From Ruminiclostridium sp. (GTDB lineage: Bacteria; Bacillota; Clostridia; Oscillospirales; Ruminococcaceae), in contig JAZNST010000051.1 in the NCBI GenBank assembly GCA_045591405.1, positions 15,571 to 79,570 on the forward strand: a stretch of 64,000 bases of DNA, given 5' to 3'. Position numbers and translations under genes: made by a program. Positions 51,685-63,751 of the stretch are shown piece by piece. The notes under the pieces are model-generated. The model saw only the letters and a program-made list of their open reading frames with translations, was not told the origin of the DNA and did no database searches. Each line of letters starts with the position of its first letter. Positions within the stretch are counted from its first letter, which is position 1.

Positions 51685-52845
51685 ATGAAAATTGCAGGCA
51701 TAATCTGCGAATACAACCCCTTCCATAACGGTCATAAATATCATATCGAGCAAACCCGTGAAAAATTCGGTGCAACTCACGTCGTTGCAGTAATGAGCGG
51801 TAATTTTACTCAGCGTGGCGACGTTGCAATCATAGATAAGTATAAGCGAGCAAAAACAGCTCTCGAAAACGGCGTAGATATGGTTATAGAGCTTCCTGTT
51901 GCCTTCGCTCTGAGTAGCGCCGAGCAATTCGCTCAGGGAGCAGTTCACCTTCTGAACTCCCTCGGTTGCGTCGATATTCTGAGCTTTGGTAGCGAATGCG
52001 GCGATATAAAGCTTCTTGAAGAAACGGCGGGCGCTGTTTTTTATGCACAAGAAAGCGAAGAATTTATGAATTTTATGAAGCGTGGTGCGACTTACCCTGT
52101 TGCACTTCAAAAAACGATTGAGCATTTTTACACAGACGAAGTCATCGAAACGCTGGCAACACCAAACAACACTCTTGCAGTTGAATATATCAAAGCTCTC
52201 AATCAGCTCGGTTCGTCAATCGCTCCCGTTACCGTAAAACGCTATGGGGCGGCGCACGATAGCGAGAAAACCGACGTAAACACGATTCTGAGCGCTTCTG
52301 AGCTTAGAAAAAGAATAATCGCCAACGAGGACAATTCCCTGCTTATGCCCGAATCCGACTTTTCAAATACAGCTGACCTTTTACGTCTTGAAAACGCGAT
52401 TCTTTCAAAGCTCAGAATGATGACGAAGGCTGAGATAGAAAAAACGCCAAACGTAATGCTTGGACTTGAAAACAGAATTTATAAGGCAGTAAGAGCCGCC
52501 ACGTCGCTCCCTGAGCTTCTTGTGCTTATTAAATCAAAGCGTTTTACAATGGCAAGAATCAGACGAATTATTCTTTCGGCTTTTCTTGGAATTACCAAAA
52601 GCGACTTGAAAAATATGCCTGCTTATGTTAGAATCTTAGGTATGAATGAAAATGGCAAACAGATTCTATCCGCCGCTGACTGTAAGCTTCCTGTCAATAC
52701 GTCGCTGATGTCTCTTTTGAAGTCGGGAGAAATCGCAAAAAAGCAGGCAAGCTTAGAAGAAAGATGCGATAATATCTACGCCCTTTCGCTTCAGAAAAGG
52801 CTTTCGTGCGGTCTTGATTTTACCGCTAAACCGATTATTTTATAA
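51685..52845 (+). CDS. tmcAL: tRNA(Met) cytidine acetate ligase (TmcAL/YlbM family nucleotidyltransferase)
   Basis: EYNPFHNGHKYH HIGH-like motif and MSGNFTQRGD. ~386 aa with YlbM-like architecture. Confidence 0.8.
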   Translation: MKIAGIICEYNPFHNGHKYHIEQTREKFGATHVVAVMSGNFTQRGDVAIIDKYKRAKTALENGVDMVIELPVAFALSSAEQFAQGAVHLLNSLGCVDILSFGSECGDIKLLEETAGAVFYAQESEEFMNFMKRGATYPVALQKTIEHFYTDEVIETLATPNNTLAVEYIKALNQLGSSIAPVTVKRYGAAHDSEKTDVNTILSASELRKRIIANEDNSLLMPESDFSNTADLLRLENAILSKLRMMTKAEIEKTPNVMLGLENRIYKAVRAATSLPELLVLIKSKRFTMARIRRIILSAFLGITKSDLKNMPAYVRILGMNENGKQILSAADCKLPVNTSLMSLLKSGEIAKKQASLEERCDNIYALSLQKRLSCGLDFTAKPIIL

Positions 52846-52855
52846 GGAGAAAACT

Positions 52856-53788
52856 ATGGGTGTAATTTTTACTGAGCTTGATTATAAGAATTTTGGAAAA
52901 TGCGTTCAACTTGAAAACGAAACCACAAAGCTTATCGTGACCGTTGACGTTGGACCAAGAATCATCTATTATTCCCTCAAGGGTAAAGCCAACGTTTTTA
53001 ACGAGGATATAAACAGAGATACCGTAAGAGACGATAAAAAGCTTCACGATTTCTTTGAAACAGACGAAAACTGGTATATCTACGGCGGTCACAGACTCTG
53101 GAGCAGCCCTGAAAGTTATCCTGAAAGCTATACTCCCGATAACTCCCCCGTCAGATATGAGATAAATAATAATTCAATTACCCTTATGCCCGACGACCGT
53201 GTAAAGGTAGGAGAAAGACACGTCATCACTGTGACTCTTGACGATAAAACGTCAGAAGTATCAGTAAAGCACGCAATCAGAAATATCTCTGATTTTGACA
53301 TCAGACTTTCTGCGTGGTGTATGACGGTTGCAGAAAAAGGCGGAATTGAAATCATACCTCAGTGTAAGCAAGACGCAGGTCTTTTGTCAAACAGACGAGT
53401 TGTTCTTTGGAGCTACGCCGATATACAGGACGAGCGTTTTTACATAAGCGACAAATATATCACCCTTATGCAGACCGAAAAGGAAAAAGCCTTTAAGGTA
53501 GGCGTAAATAATGAGGACGGCTGGTGTGCGTATCTTAACTGCGGTCAGCTTTTCATCAAGCGCTTTGACTTTGATAAAAACGGCGTTTATCCCGATTATG
53601 ACGTAAACTTTGAAACCTACACAAATCAGTTCATAGTTGAAATCGAAACTCTCAGTACGCTTGAAACGCTCAAGCCAAACGAATACGTTGAATACGAGGA
53701 GCGTTGGGAGCTTAAAGAGTGTGAAGCTATGTTCAACCCAAGAAGCGACGAAAGTATCGACAAATTCGTTGACAAATATGTTTTCTGA
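52856..53788 (+). CDS. Hypothetical protein, possibly DUF4380/aldose-epimerase-like beta-sandwich
   Basis: ATG 52856 has AGGAGAA upstream. The sequence is beta-rich. The family call is from memory and weak. Confidence 0.4.
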   Translation: MGVIFTELDYKNFGKCVQLENETTKLIVTVDVGPRIIYYSLKGKANVFNEDINRDTVRDDKKLHDFFETDENWYIYGGHRLWSSPESYPESYTPDNSPVRYEINNNSITLMPDDRVKVGERHVITVTLDDKTSEVSVKHAIRNISDFDIRLSAWCMTVAEKGGIEIIPQCKQDAGLLSNRRVVLWSYADIQDERFYISDKYITLMQTEKEKAFKVGVNNEDGWCAYLNCGQLFIKRFDFDKNGVYPDYDVNFETYTNQFIVEIETLSTLETLKPNEYVEYEERWELKECEAMFNPRSDESIDKFVDKYVF

Positions 53789-53793
53789 CTATT

Positions 53794-53820
53794 TCCGCAG
53801 CTCAGGCTGCGGATTTTTTC
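53794..53820 (+). terminator. Intrinsic terminator
   Basis: TCCGCAGC/GCTGCGGA hairpin followed by TTTTTTC. Confidence 0.75.
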
Positions 53821-53894
53821 TTAATCTTTCAAAATATGCTTTTATTTTTCCTGTTTTTACTGTATAATGATAACATAGACGCAAAGGAGAAGTT

Positions 53895-55211
53895 ATGGAA
53901 AAATACACACAGCTAAGAGAAAAACATCAAAAGTTCATATACCACAGCTACGAGATTACAAAAACAGGCTTTCGCTTTCATTTTTCTATGGACGAAACTG
54001 AGTTTACCCCTGAATGGTCGTTTTCAGAAAAGCTGATTGAAAGCTGTCCTGACAGAAGCGTTCTTGAATATGCGGTTTTCTGTCTTGGAATGACTGAGCT
54101 TGTAAGCTATTGGAAATGCGCTTGCCCTCCGATTGTCGAGGTCAGATGCGGCGCTTTGTCGCAAGAACAGATTTTATGGTGGAAAAAGCTCTATTTTAAC
54201 GGTCTTGGCGAATTTTTCTACAAAAACAAAATCGTTCCCGACTTCGAAAGCTTTATGACGATAGTCCCAACCGACACCAACCCGCCTTCGTTTTTGGCTT
54301 CAGATACCTCTGCCGAGGGCTTCGTGATTCCCGTTGGCGGCGGCAAGGACAGCGTTGTGACTCTCGAATTGCTCCGTGAATATAAAGGTAAAAGCTATTG
54401 CTATATCATAAATCCACGCCCTGCAACTGTTGAGTGCGCCCATATCGGAGGCTATGACGATGACAGAATACTTTCAGTCAGACGAACGATTGATAAGGAG
54501 CTTTTGAAGAAAAACGCCGAGGGTTATCTTAACGGTCACACTCCACTTTCAGCTATAATCGCTTTTTCAAGCTGGATTTTTGCTTATTGCAACAACAAAC
54601 GCTATATAGCTCTTTCAAACGAAAGCAGTGCCAACGAAGCGAATATCAACGGAACCCAGATTAATCACCAATACAGTAAAAGCACAGAATTTGAACGGGA
54701 TTTCAGAGAATTTACAAAAAAATATCTCGTCTGCTCACCTGAATATTTTAGTATGCTCCGTCCTTGGAGCGAGTGGCAGATTGCCAAGGAATTTGTCAGA
54801 CACCCACAGTATTTCAGCACCTTCCAGAGCTGTAACGTCGGCTCAAAAACAAATACCTGGTGCTCAAACTGCGCCAAGTGCCTTTACGTTTATATTATGC
54901 TCGCAGCGTTCCTTGAGGACAAGACGCTGATAGAAATTTTCGGAAAGGATATGCTTGACGGTGAAGAATATACCGACCTTTTCAACGGTCTTGTTTATCA
55001 GGATTTTGATAAACCGTTTGAGTGCGTGGGAACAAAAGCCGAAATAAATCTCGCTCTTTACCGTGCGGCGGAAAAAAGAAAAGGCAAAAAGCTTCCGTTA
55101 CTTCTTGAGAAATATGCAATGCAAAACAATCCTCAGCCCGAAAATCTCGATAATTTTTTTGACAACGACAACTTCGTACCCGAATTTTTACTTGAGCTTT
55201 TAAGGAGTTAA
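53895..55211 (+). CDS. PP-loop (adenine nucleotide alpha-hydrolase-like) protein; candidate MurL-type UDP-MurNAc-L-Ala-L-Glu epimerase
   Basis: 438 aa with PP-loop VGGGKDS (nt 54336-54353) and C-terminal Cys cluster CNVGSKTNTWCSNCAKC. The stop is 1 nt before the murD-like start, and the murD SD lies inside its 3' end. Confidence 0.45.
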   Translation: MEKYTQLREKHQKFIYHSYEITKTGFRFHFSMDETEFTPEWSFSEKLIESCPDRSVLEYAVFCLGMTELVSYWKCACPPIVEVRCGALSQEQILWWKKLYFNGLGEFFYKNKIVPDFESFMTIVPTDTNPPSFLASDTSAEGFVIPVGGGKDSVVTLELLREYKGKSYCYIINPRPATVECAHIGGYDDDRILSVRRTIDKELLKKNAEGYLNGHTPLSAIIAFSSWIFAYCNNKRYIALSNESSANEANINGTQINHQYSKSTEFERDFREFTKKYLVCSPEYFSMLRPWSEWQIAKEFVRHPQYFSTFQSCNVGSKTNTWCSNCAKCLYVYIMLAAFLEDKTLIEIFGKDMLDGEEYTDLFNGLVYQDFDKPFECVGTKAEINLALYRAAEKRKGKKLPLLLEKYAMQNNPQPENLDNFFDNDNFVPEFLLELLRS

Positions 55212-55212
55212 T

Positions 55213-56529
55213 ATGAAGGAAAAACTCAGACAATTTTTCGACGGAAAATCCGTTCTTATTCTCGGCTATGGTCGTGAAGGTCAATCAACGCTTGAATTAA
55301 TCAAGGATTTCAACTGCGAAATTGCCATATCGGACAAAAATCTCAAAATAACCGATGAAATAAAGCAGTACCGTCTTTACGGCGGCGAGAGTTATCTTGA
55401 TTGTATCAACGACTACGATATTATAATGAAAACTCCGGGCATTGCGCTTTTTGATTCCGTTTCTTCTGAAACAAAGAAAAAAATCACAAGTCAGACTGAC
55501 CTTTTCTTGCGCTTTTGCAACAACAAAATCATCGGCGTAACAGGAACGAAGGGTAAATCAACAACCTCAAGCCTTATTTACCATATTCTTAAAGAGTGTG
55601 GAATGAAGGCTCACCTTGTCGGAAATATAGGAATACCGCCTCTTGCAAAAATCGACGAGTTTGAAGGCGACGCAATTATCGTGTGCGAAATGTCGTGTCA
55701 TCAGCTCGAATACGTAAGCGCTTCTCCCGATATTGCGGTTCTTCTTAATATCTACGAAGAGCATCTTGACCACTATGTTGATTTTTACGCTTATAAAACC
55801 GCAAAGGAAAATATCTACCGTTATCTTGAAAAAGACGGTCTTCTCGTTTATAATCTGCGTTGTTATAATGCTGAAATCGAAAAACTAAAGGCAAAAACTA
55901 TTCCCTGCTCTATGTACGGTTCGGGAGAGGTTTTCATAGACGGAGATAATATGAATATCTGCGGACTTGAGATTCCTCTTGAAAAAATCAGAACCAAGCT
56001 TGCAGGAGAGCATAATATTTATAATATCGGAGTTGCTCTTTGCGTCTGCATAAACGCAGGCTGTAACCCAGACGACGCAATAAGAAGCATTGAAAGCTTT
56101 AACGGACTTGAGCATCGCCTTGAGCATTTTGCAACCATAGACGAAGTCAAATTTGTAAATGACAGTATAAGCACCATTCCGATGGCGGCAATCTCTGCAG
56201 TGAAGGCTTTTCCAAATACCGACACGCTTATAATCGGAGGAATGGACAGAGGAATTTCCTATGATATACTTATCAGCTATCTTAACGAAGGCGCCGTAAA
56301 AAATATAATCTGTCTGAAGGACAGCGGATATAAAATCGCCTCCGAGCTTGACGGTGATAAACTCAATATCTATAAAGCAAGAGATATGGAGGACGCCGTA
56401 AGGAAAGCGCTTGAAATAACGAAAAACTGCTGTATTCTCTCCCCCGCCGCCGCAAGCTATGGCTTTTATAAAAATTTTGAGGAGCGAGGAACGCATTTTA
56501 AGGAGCTTGTGAAAAAACTTTCAAGATGA
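55213..56529 (+). CDS. murD: UDP-N-acetylmuramoyl-L-alanine--glutamate ligase (MurD family; possibly MurD2-type)
   Basis: Rossmann LILGYGREG and Mur ligase P-loop GVTGTKGKSTT, 438 aa. Not in an mraY/ftsW context. Confidence 0.85.
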   Translation: MKEKLRQFFDGKSVLILGYGREGQSTLELIKDFNCEIAISDKNLKITDEIKQYRLYGGESYLDCINDYDIIMKTPGIALFDSVSSETKKKITSQTDLFLRFCNNKIIGVTGTKGKSTTSSLIYHILKECGMKAHLVGNIGIPPLAKIDEFEGDAIIVCEMSCHQLEYVSASPDIAVLLNIYEEHLDHYVDFYAYKTAKENIYRYLEKDGLLVYNLRCYNAEIEKLKAKTIPCSMYGSGEVFIDGDNMNICGLEIPLEKIRTKLAGEHNIYNIGVALCVCINAGCNPDDAIRSIESFNGLEHRLEHFATIDEVKFVNDSISTIPMAAISAVKAFPNTDTLIIGGMDRGISYDILISYLNEGAVKNIICLKDSGYKIASELDGDKLNIYKARDMEDAVRKALEITKNCCILSPAAASYGFYKNFEERGTHFKELVKKLSR

Positions 56530-56572
56530 GCTTGAGATTAAAAACAGGCAAATACAATCGCTATATATAAAC

Positions 56573-56603
56573 AAACCCGTGAAAGCTCACGGGTTTTCTT
56601 TTT
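56573..56603 (+). terminator. Intrinsic terminator after murD
   Basis: AAACCCGTGA/TCACGGGTTT hairpin followed by TCTTTTTG. A second hairpin (AAAGCCGC...GCGGCTTT, 56612-56645) follows. Confidence 0.75.
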
Positions 56604-56650
56604 GAAGTGAAAAAGCCGCCCTTGATTAGCGTCAAAAGCGGCTTTTATTT

Positions 56651-59005
56651 TTATTCGGATGGTAACGACTTTACGCTGTACGTTCCGTCAAGCTGACGCA
56701 CAAGGTACTCGTTTTTATCCATAGGTACTATTGCGGCGCTTGAAACGATATTTCCCGTTGAGTCGGAGAGAATAAGCGTTTCGCCCTCTTTAAGATTAAA
56801 GTTTGTAACAAGTCGTCTTAAAGCGCTTGTTTCGGTGTTGTTCTTACAAACGATGGTAAGCGATGAGTCAGCGGGAATAGTTGCGGTAGGTATCTTCCAT
56901 CTATTAAGCTCAAGCTCGTTATCAGACAGGTAGAAATCCTTTGTCGTCATATCGGAATTATTGGGGTTAACAATAGTGAACCAGTCGCCGTCACCCGACG
57001 TATAAACCTCGCCAATATAAAGGTTTTCAAAGTCGTTCGTCTTCTTATATCTTGCAGTTACAAGAATCTTTCCCGAAGAATCCGCCATTGAAAAATCAAT
57101 CTTCATCTGAGCTTCTTTATATTCCTTGCCGTTGATAAGCCAGCTATCAAACTCATAGCCATTATAAGCAACAGCAGAAATCGGAACGGCATACGCCGTG
57201 AAATACTCGGTTGCAGCGGATCCTGCGTCTGATAGCGCTCTGGTGTTGAGAGTCGCCTTTCCGCCCTCGTTATTCACAAGCTCTATTGTATACTTATCCT
57301 TTTCAATTTCAAATTCCTTCACAAGATTAACGTACATTATGTTGGGGCGTTTCTTGAAGAATACGTCAATCTGGCTACGGCTGTCGTTAAAGGTGTCTCT
57401 GTGCGCCCAAGTCGATGTATAGCCGTTATCAAGAGCGTACATACACTCAGGATCGCAAATCTCGATTTTTTCTTCAAGCACAGGCTTTGCTTCTTCATAG
57501 GAGAAAGCTCCGCTTATAAGGTCGCACATTGTGTTTGCGAACTTTTCACGCATATCCTCACGCTCAAGGAGCGAAATAAGAATCTGCGAAGCGCCCTGCA
57601 TGTGTCTTCCCGAAAGAACGTCCGAAAGCGTTTGAGCTGAATATCCGCTTCCGTAAAGGCTCATAGCGTATTCCACGTCAAAGAGCATAAAACGCCACTT
57701 TCCGTCAAGATAAGGGCTTTGCGTAATTTCACCCTCGCTCGGATAATATCTCCACGCCTTAAAGTTGTTTCCGGGCCAGTCCTTATTATCAATATAAATC
57801 TGAATTGCATAATAGAGCATCAGATTATCTATATCAACAAGCGAGCAGAATTCTTCAAATCGAGCATTGTCAGTAAGTCCGCCCTGTGCAAGAGAGAACA
57901 TATAATTATAATCTTCTACGCATCTTTCGTCGTCGCCTTCAACCTCGTTCTCCTTTCCGCCGACAATTCTGAAATTTTCCTTGTTGCCGCCGTAGGTCTG
58001 TTCAAGGTAACCGTTGCAATAAGCCTCGTGAAGCCACGCAAAGCCGTAATATTCGCCGTTAAGGAAAACAGCGGCAGGATGAGTTTCCTGTGTATCAGGG
58101 AAGCCCGCGTTCTGAGAGAGCTGTAAAGCAACCTCGTCTCTGACGCTTGCAAACTCTCTGTCGTTCGCATTATTTCTGAGAGTAATTCTGTCATATTTTG
58201 TCAGAAGCTGACCGTAAGCGTCAGTAGCGCCGCTGAAGAAAGCGTATTTGAACATTCCGTTTCCTTCGCTGTACTCGTTTCTTGCAATAAGTCGCCACGA
58301 TTTTTGTTCGGTTGCTCTTGAATAGCCGCCGACAACTCTTGCGCCTGCCGCTTGTTCGAGGATTTTATCGCCCGTGTTGCTATAAACCTCAACGTACATA
58401 TTACGTTCGCTTTCACGACCTTTTATGTACCAGTTTGCAGGTGCATTATATTCAAGCTCGCCGCCGTCGTACTCGTCTGAATTGAGATATTGGTCACGGA
58501 CGTAACCCGGTACCGCAACCCCATAGTAATAGTCGTAAAGGTTATAAGGATCGGTAGAAAGCACGAAAACATAAGTATTTTCAGAAAAACGGCTGAAAAC
58601 ATTTTTACCTGTTATGTAGCTTTTTACAACAACGTCAGAGCTTTTATCGCCGTTAATTGCAATGGCTTTTATCGTTTTCGCCTTAACCTTTGAGCCTGAA
58701 GAAATCGAAATCGGTCCTTTATAAAGAGTACAGGTTTCGTCAGGATCCGTTCCGTCGGTAGAATAATAAATCTTAGCTTCACTGTCGGCACATTTTAGCT
58801 CTACCTCAATTGAGGAGCTATAAAAAGTATCGTTATGAGAAAACGAAATTGCCATCGGATCTGTCACGACAGCAACGGGTTGTTGGTCGGTATCGGTGAC
58901 GACAGCGTTTTCCTGGGGCTTTTGAATATCGCTGAAATATAAAAGCCCGACTGTACCGATTGCTCCAACCGCAAGCACAAGAATAAGTATCAGTATCCTT
59001 TTCAC
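56651..59005 (-). CDS. cotH: CotH kinase family protein with N-terminal anchor, Fn3-associated domain and C-terminal lamin-tail-like domain
   Basis: Signal anchor, KIYYSTDGTDPDE motif, CotH core (WRLIARNEY..., DNKDWPGNNFKAWRY) and C-terminal LTD-like YIGEVYTSGDGDWFTIVNP. Confidence 0.8.
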   Translation of the reverse strand: MKRILILILVLAVGAIGTVGLLYFSDIQKPQENAVVTDTDQQPVAVVTDPMAISFSHNDTFYSSSIEVELKCADSEAKIYYSTDGTDPDETCTLYKGPISISSGSKVKAKTIKAIAINGDKSSDVVVKSYITGKNVFSRFSENTYVFVLSTDPYNLYDYYYGVAVPGYVRDQYLNSDEYDGGELEYNAPANWYIKGRESERNMYVEVYSNTGDKILEQAAGARVVGGYSRATEQKSWRLIARNEYSEGNGMFKYAFFSGATDAYGQLLTKYDRITLRNNANDREFASVRDEVALQLSQNAGFPDTQETHPAAVFLNGEYYGFAWLHEAYCNGYLEQTYGGNKENFRIVGGKENEVEGDDERCVEDYNYMFSLAQGGLTDNARFEEFCSLVDIDNLMLYYAIQIYIDNKDWPGNNFKAWRYYPSEGEITQSPYLDGKWRFMLFDVEYAMSLYGSGYSAQTLSDVLSGRHMQGASQILISLLEREDMREKFANTMCDLISGAFSYEEAKPVLEEKIEICDPECMYALDNGYTSTWAHRDTFNDSRSQIDVFFKKRPNIMYVNLVKEFEIEKDKYTIELVNNEGGKATLNTRALSDAGSAATEYFTAYAVPISAVAYNGYEFDSWLINGKEYKEAQMKIDFSMADSSGKILVTARYKKTNDFENLYIGEVYTSGDGDWFTIVNPNNSDMTTKDFYLSDNELELNRWKIPTATIPADSSLTIVCKNNTETSALRRLVTNFNLKEGETLILSDSTGNIVSSAAIVPMDKNEYLVRQLDGTYSVKSLPSE

Positions 59006-59020
59006 GTCATTATCCTTTCT

Positions 59021-61688
<2,668 letters not shown>

Positions 61689-61749
61689 CACATTCACCGC
61701 CTTGACTATCATTATATGTTATGACAGTCAAAGCGTGAATAGACAGCCC

Positions 61750-63156
61750 TTACATAGAAATAAATGCGGCGAATGCCTTATAAGTCATATAAACGTCGTT
61801 CTTTGAGGTAACCTCAAACGGAGCGTGCATTGAAAGAACAGCAACTCCAAGGTCAACCGTATCGACTCCGAGATTTGCGATATATTTTGCAACAGTACCG
61901 CCGCCTCCGTTATCAACTTTTCCAAGCTCTGCGGTTTGCCAGATTATCTTATTCTTGTCAAAGAGTGCTCTTACTTCACCGACAAACTCAGCGTTAGCGT
62001 CATTAGTGCCGCCCTTTCCTCTTGAGCCTGTATATTTTGTAAGAACGGTTCCCTGACCGACAAACGCGGCGTTCTTCTTTTCGGTTACGTCAGGGAAGGT
62101 AGGATCAACGCCTGCGTTAACGTCTGCCGAAAGGCATTTTGAAGCGCTCAGAACATCTCTGCCGGTTGCGCCGAAGGCTTCGGCAATATCACAGATAAAG
62201 TTTTCAAGGTAACGGGACTGAAGACCTGTGTTTCCGTCGCTTCCTGTTTCTTCTTTATCAGTAAGAACCGTAACAACCGTTCTTCCGGGAGTTTTCTTAG
62301 CGTTTACCGTTGCCATAAGAGCAGTATACGAGCAAACTCTGTCGTCCTGACCGTAAGCGCCGACGAGACTTCTGTCAAAGCCGATATCCTTCGCCTTAAA
62401 AGCAGGAACAGCCTCAAGCTCAGCCGAAAGGAAGTCTTCTTCAATAATTCCGTATTTATTGTAAAGGATATTGAGAATATTAAGCTTTATAAGCTCGCTT
62501 CCCTCGTCAGCTCTGAACGGACGTGAGCCGACAAGTATATTAAGCTCCTCGCCCTTGATAAGCTGAGGTGCGGGGCGCTTGTACTGTGCGTCCGCAAGGT
62601 GTGGGAGAAGGTCGTTTACTACGAAAACAGGATCGTTTTCAGCTTCGCCGATATTAACCTCTACCTTTGTTCCGTCCTTCTTAACGATTACTCCGTGAAG
62701 CGAAAGCGGAACCGCCGTCCACTGATATTTTTTGATTCCGCCATAATAGTGAGTCTTAAAGAGCGCAAGCTCGCTGTCCTCATAAAGCGGATTCTGCTTG
62801 AGGTCAAGTCGAGGAGAGTCAATATGAGCCGCAAGAATATTAACGCCCTGAGTAATAGGCTTGGTTCCGATTATTGCCGCAATCACTGACTTACCCTTGT
62901 TGTTGAGATAAACCTTATCTCCTGCCTTATACTTTTTCTTCTTGTCAAAAAGACTAAAGCCTGATTTAACGAGAATTTCTTCAATGCAAGAAGCAGCTTC
63001 TCTTTCGGTTTTTCCCTCGTCGAGGAACTTTTTATAATCTTCGCAGAATTTGTCTGCCTTCTTAATTTCAGCATCAGTCATAATAAGCGCCGAATTTTTC
63101 TTTGTCATAAAGAGCTTTTCCTTCAGTTCCTTTACTTTGTCGTTTTTCTTTTCCAT
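61750..63156 (-). CDS. M18-family aminopeptidase
   Basis: 468 aa with AAHIDSPRLD, DKEETGS and SMHAP motifs typical of M18/M42-type metallo-aminopeptidases. Confidence 0.8.
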   Translation of the reverse strand: MEKKNDKVKELKEKLFMTKKNSALIMTDAEIKKADKFCEDYKKFLDEGKTEREAASCIEEILVKSGFSLFDKKKKYKAGDKVYLNNKGKSVIAAIIGTKPITQGVNILAAHIDSPRLDLKQNPLYEDSELALFKTHYYGGIKKYQWTAVPLSLHGVIVKKDGTKVEVNIGEAENDPVFVVNDLLPHLADAQYKRPAPQLIKGEELNILVGSRPFRADEGSELIKLNILNILYNKYGIIEEDFLSAELEAVPAFKAKDIGFDRSLVGAYGQDDRVCSYTALMATVNAKKTPGRTVVTVLTDKEETGSDGNTGLQSRYLENFICDIAEAFGATGRDVLSASKCLSADVNAGVDPTFPDVTEKKNAAFVGQGTVLTKYTGSRGKGGTNDANAEFVGEVRALFDKNKIIWQTAELGKVDNGGGGTVAKYIANLGVDTVDLGVAVLSMHAPFEVTSKNDVYMTYKAFAAFISM

Positions 63157-63157
63157 T

Positions 63158-63751
63158 TTAGTCCTCCGTTGAATATAAAGTTATATATTTTTGTTTAGCA
63201 TTTGTTATTTTTTCAAGATAATGCGACGTCGCCGCCACAGGAATGTGATCAAGCGTTTTTCCGTCGCTGCTGTATTCCTCGTTCGACAACCACACGTCAA
63301 CGTTTCCCGTTCCGGCGTGATAAGCGCAAATAGCAAGCGTCTCGTTGCCCTCGTAATATCTCATAAGATACCCAAGAAGAAAACAGCCGTACTGAAGGTT
63401 TTTCTCAGCTATAAACATATCGTCAAAAACTGCCCCGTCGTCGTCAGACCAGCTTTTAACCGTGTCAAACGTAACCTCCATAATCTGCATAAGTCCCCTT
63501 GCGCCCACGTTTGACTCAGCCTTCTCGTTAAAACCGCTTTCGGTCTTTACAACAGCATAGACGAGGTTTTTATCAAGCTTGTATTCATTTGCAAGGCGCT
63601 CTATTTCTTCTGAATACTTCTGAGGGTACGAGGAATAGAGATACTGGAGCCTGAGGTTGTCAAAAATACTTTTTCCGAATATCAGAATCAGCGTGACAAG
63701 AACAGCGCAAATTGCAAAAAACACAACAAGCCTAGCTTTTTTCTTAGTCAT
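63158..63751 (-). CDS. Lytic transglycosylase (SLT domain) with N-terminal membrane anchor
   Basis: ESGFN...GARGLMQIM catalytic region. The start overlaps the coaE stop. Confidence 0.85.
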   Translation of the reverse strand: MTKKKARLVVFFAICAVLVTLILIFGKSIFDNLRLQYLYSSYPQKYSEEIERLANEYKLDKNLVYAVVKTESGFNEKAESNVGARGLMQIMEVTFDTVKSWSDDDGAVFDDMFIAEKNLQYGCFLLGYLMRYYEGNETLAICAYHAGTGNVDVWLSNEEYSSDGKTLDHIPVAATSHYLEKITNAKQKYITLYSTED

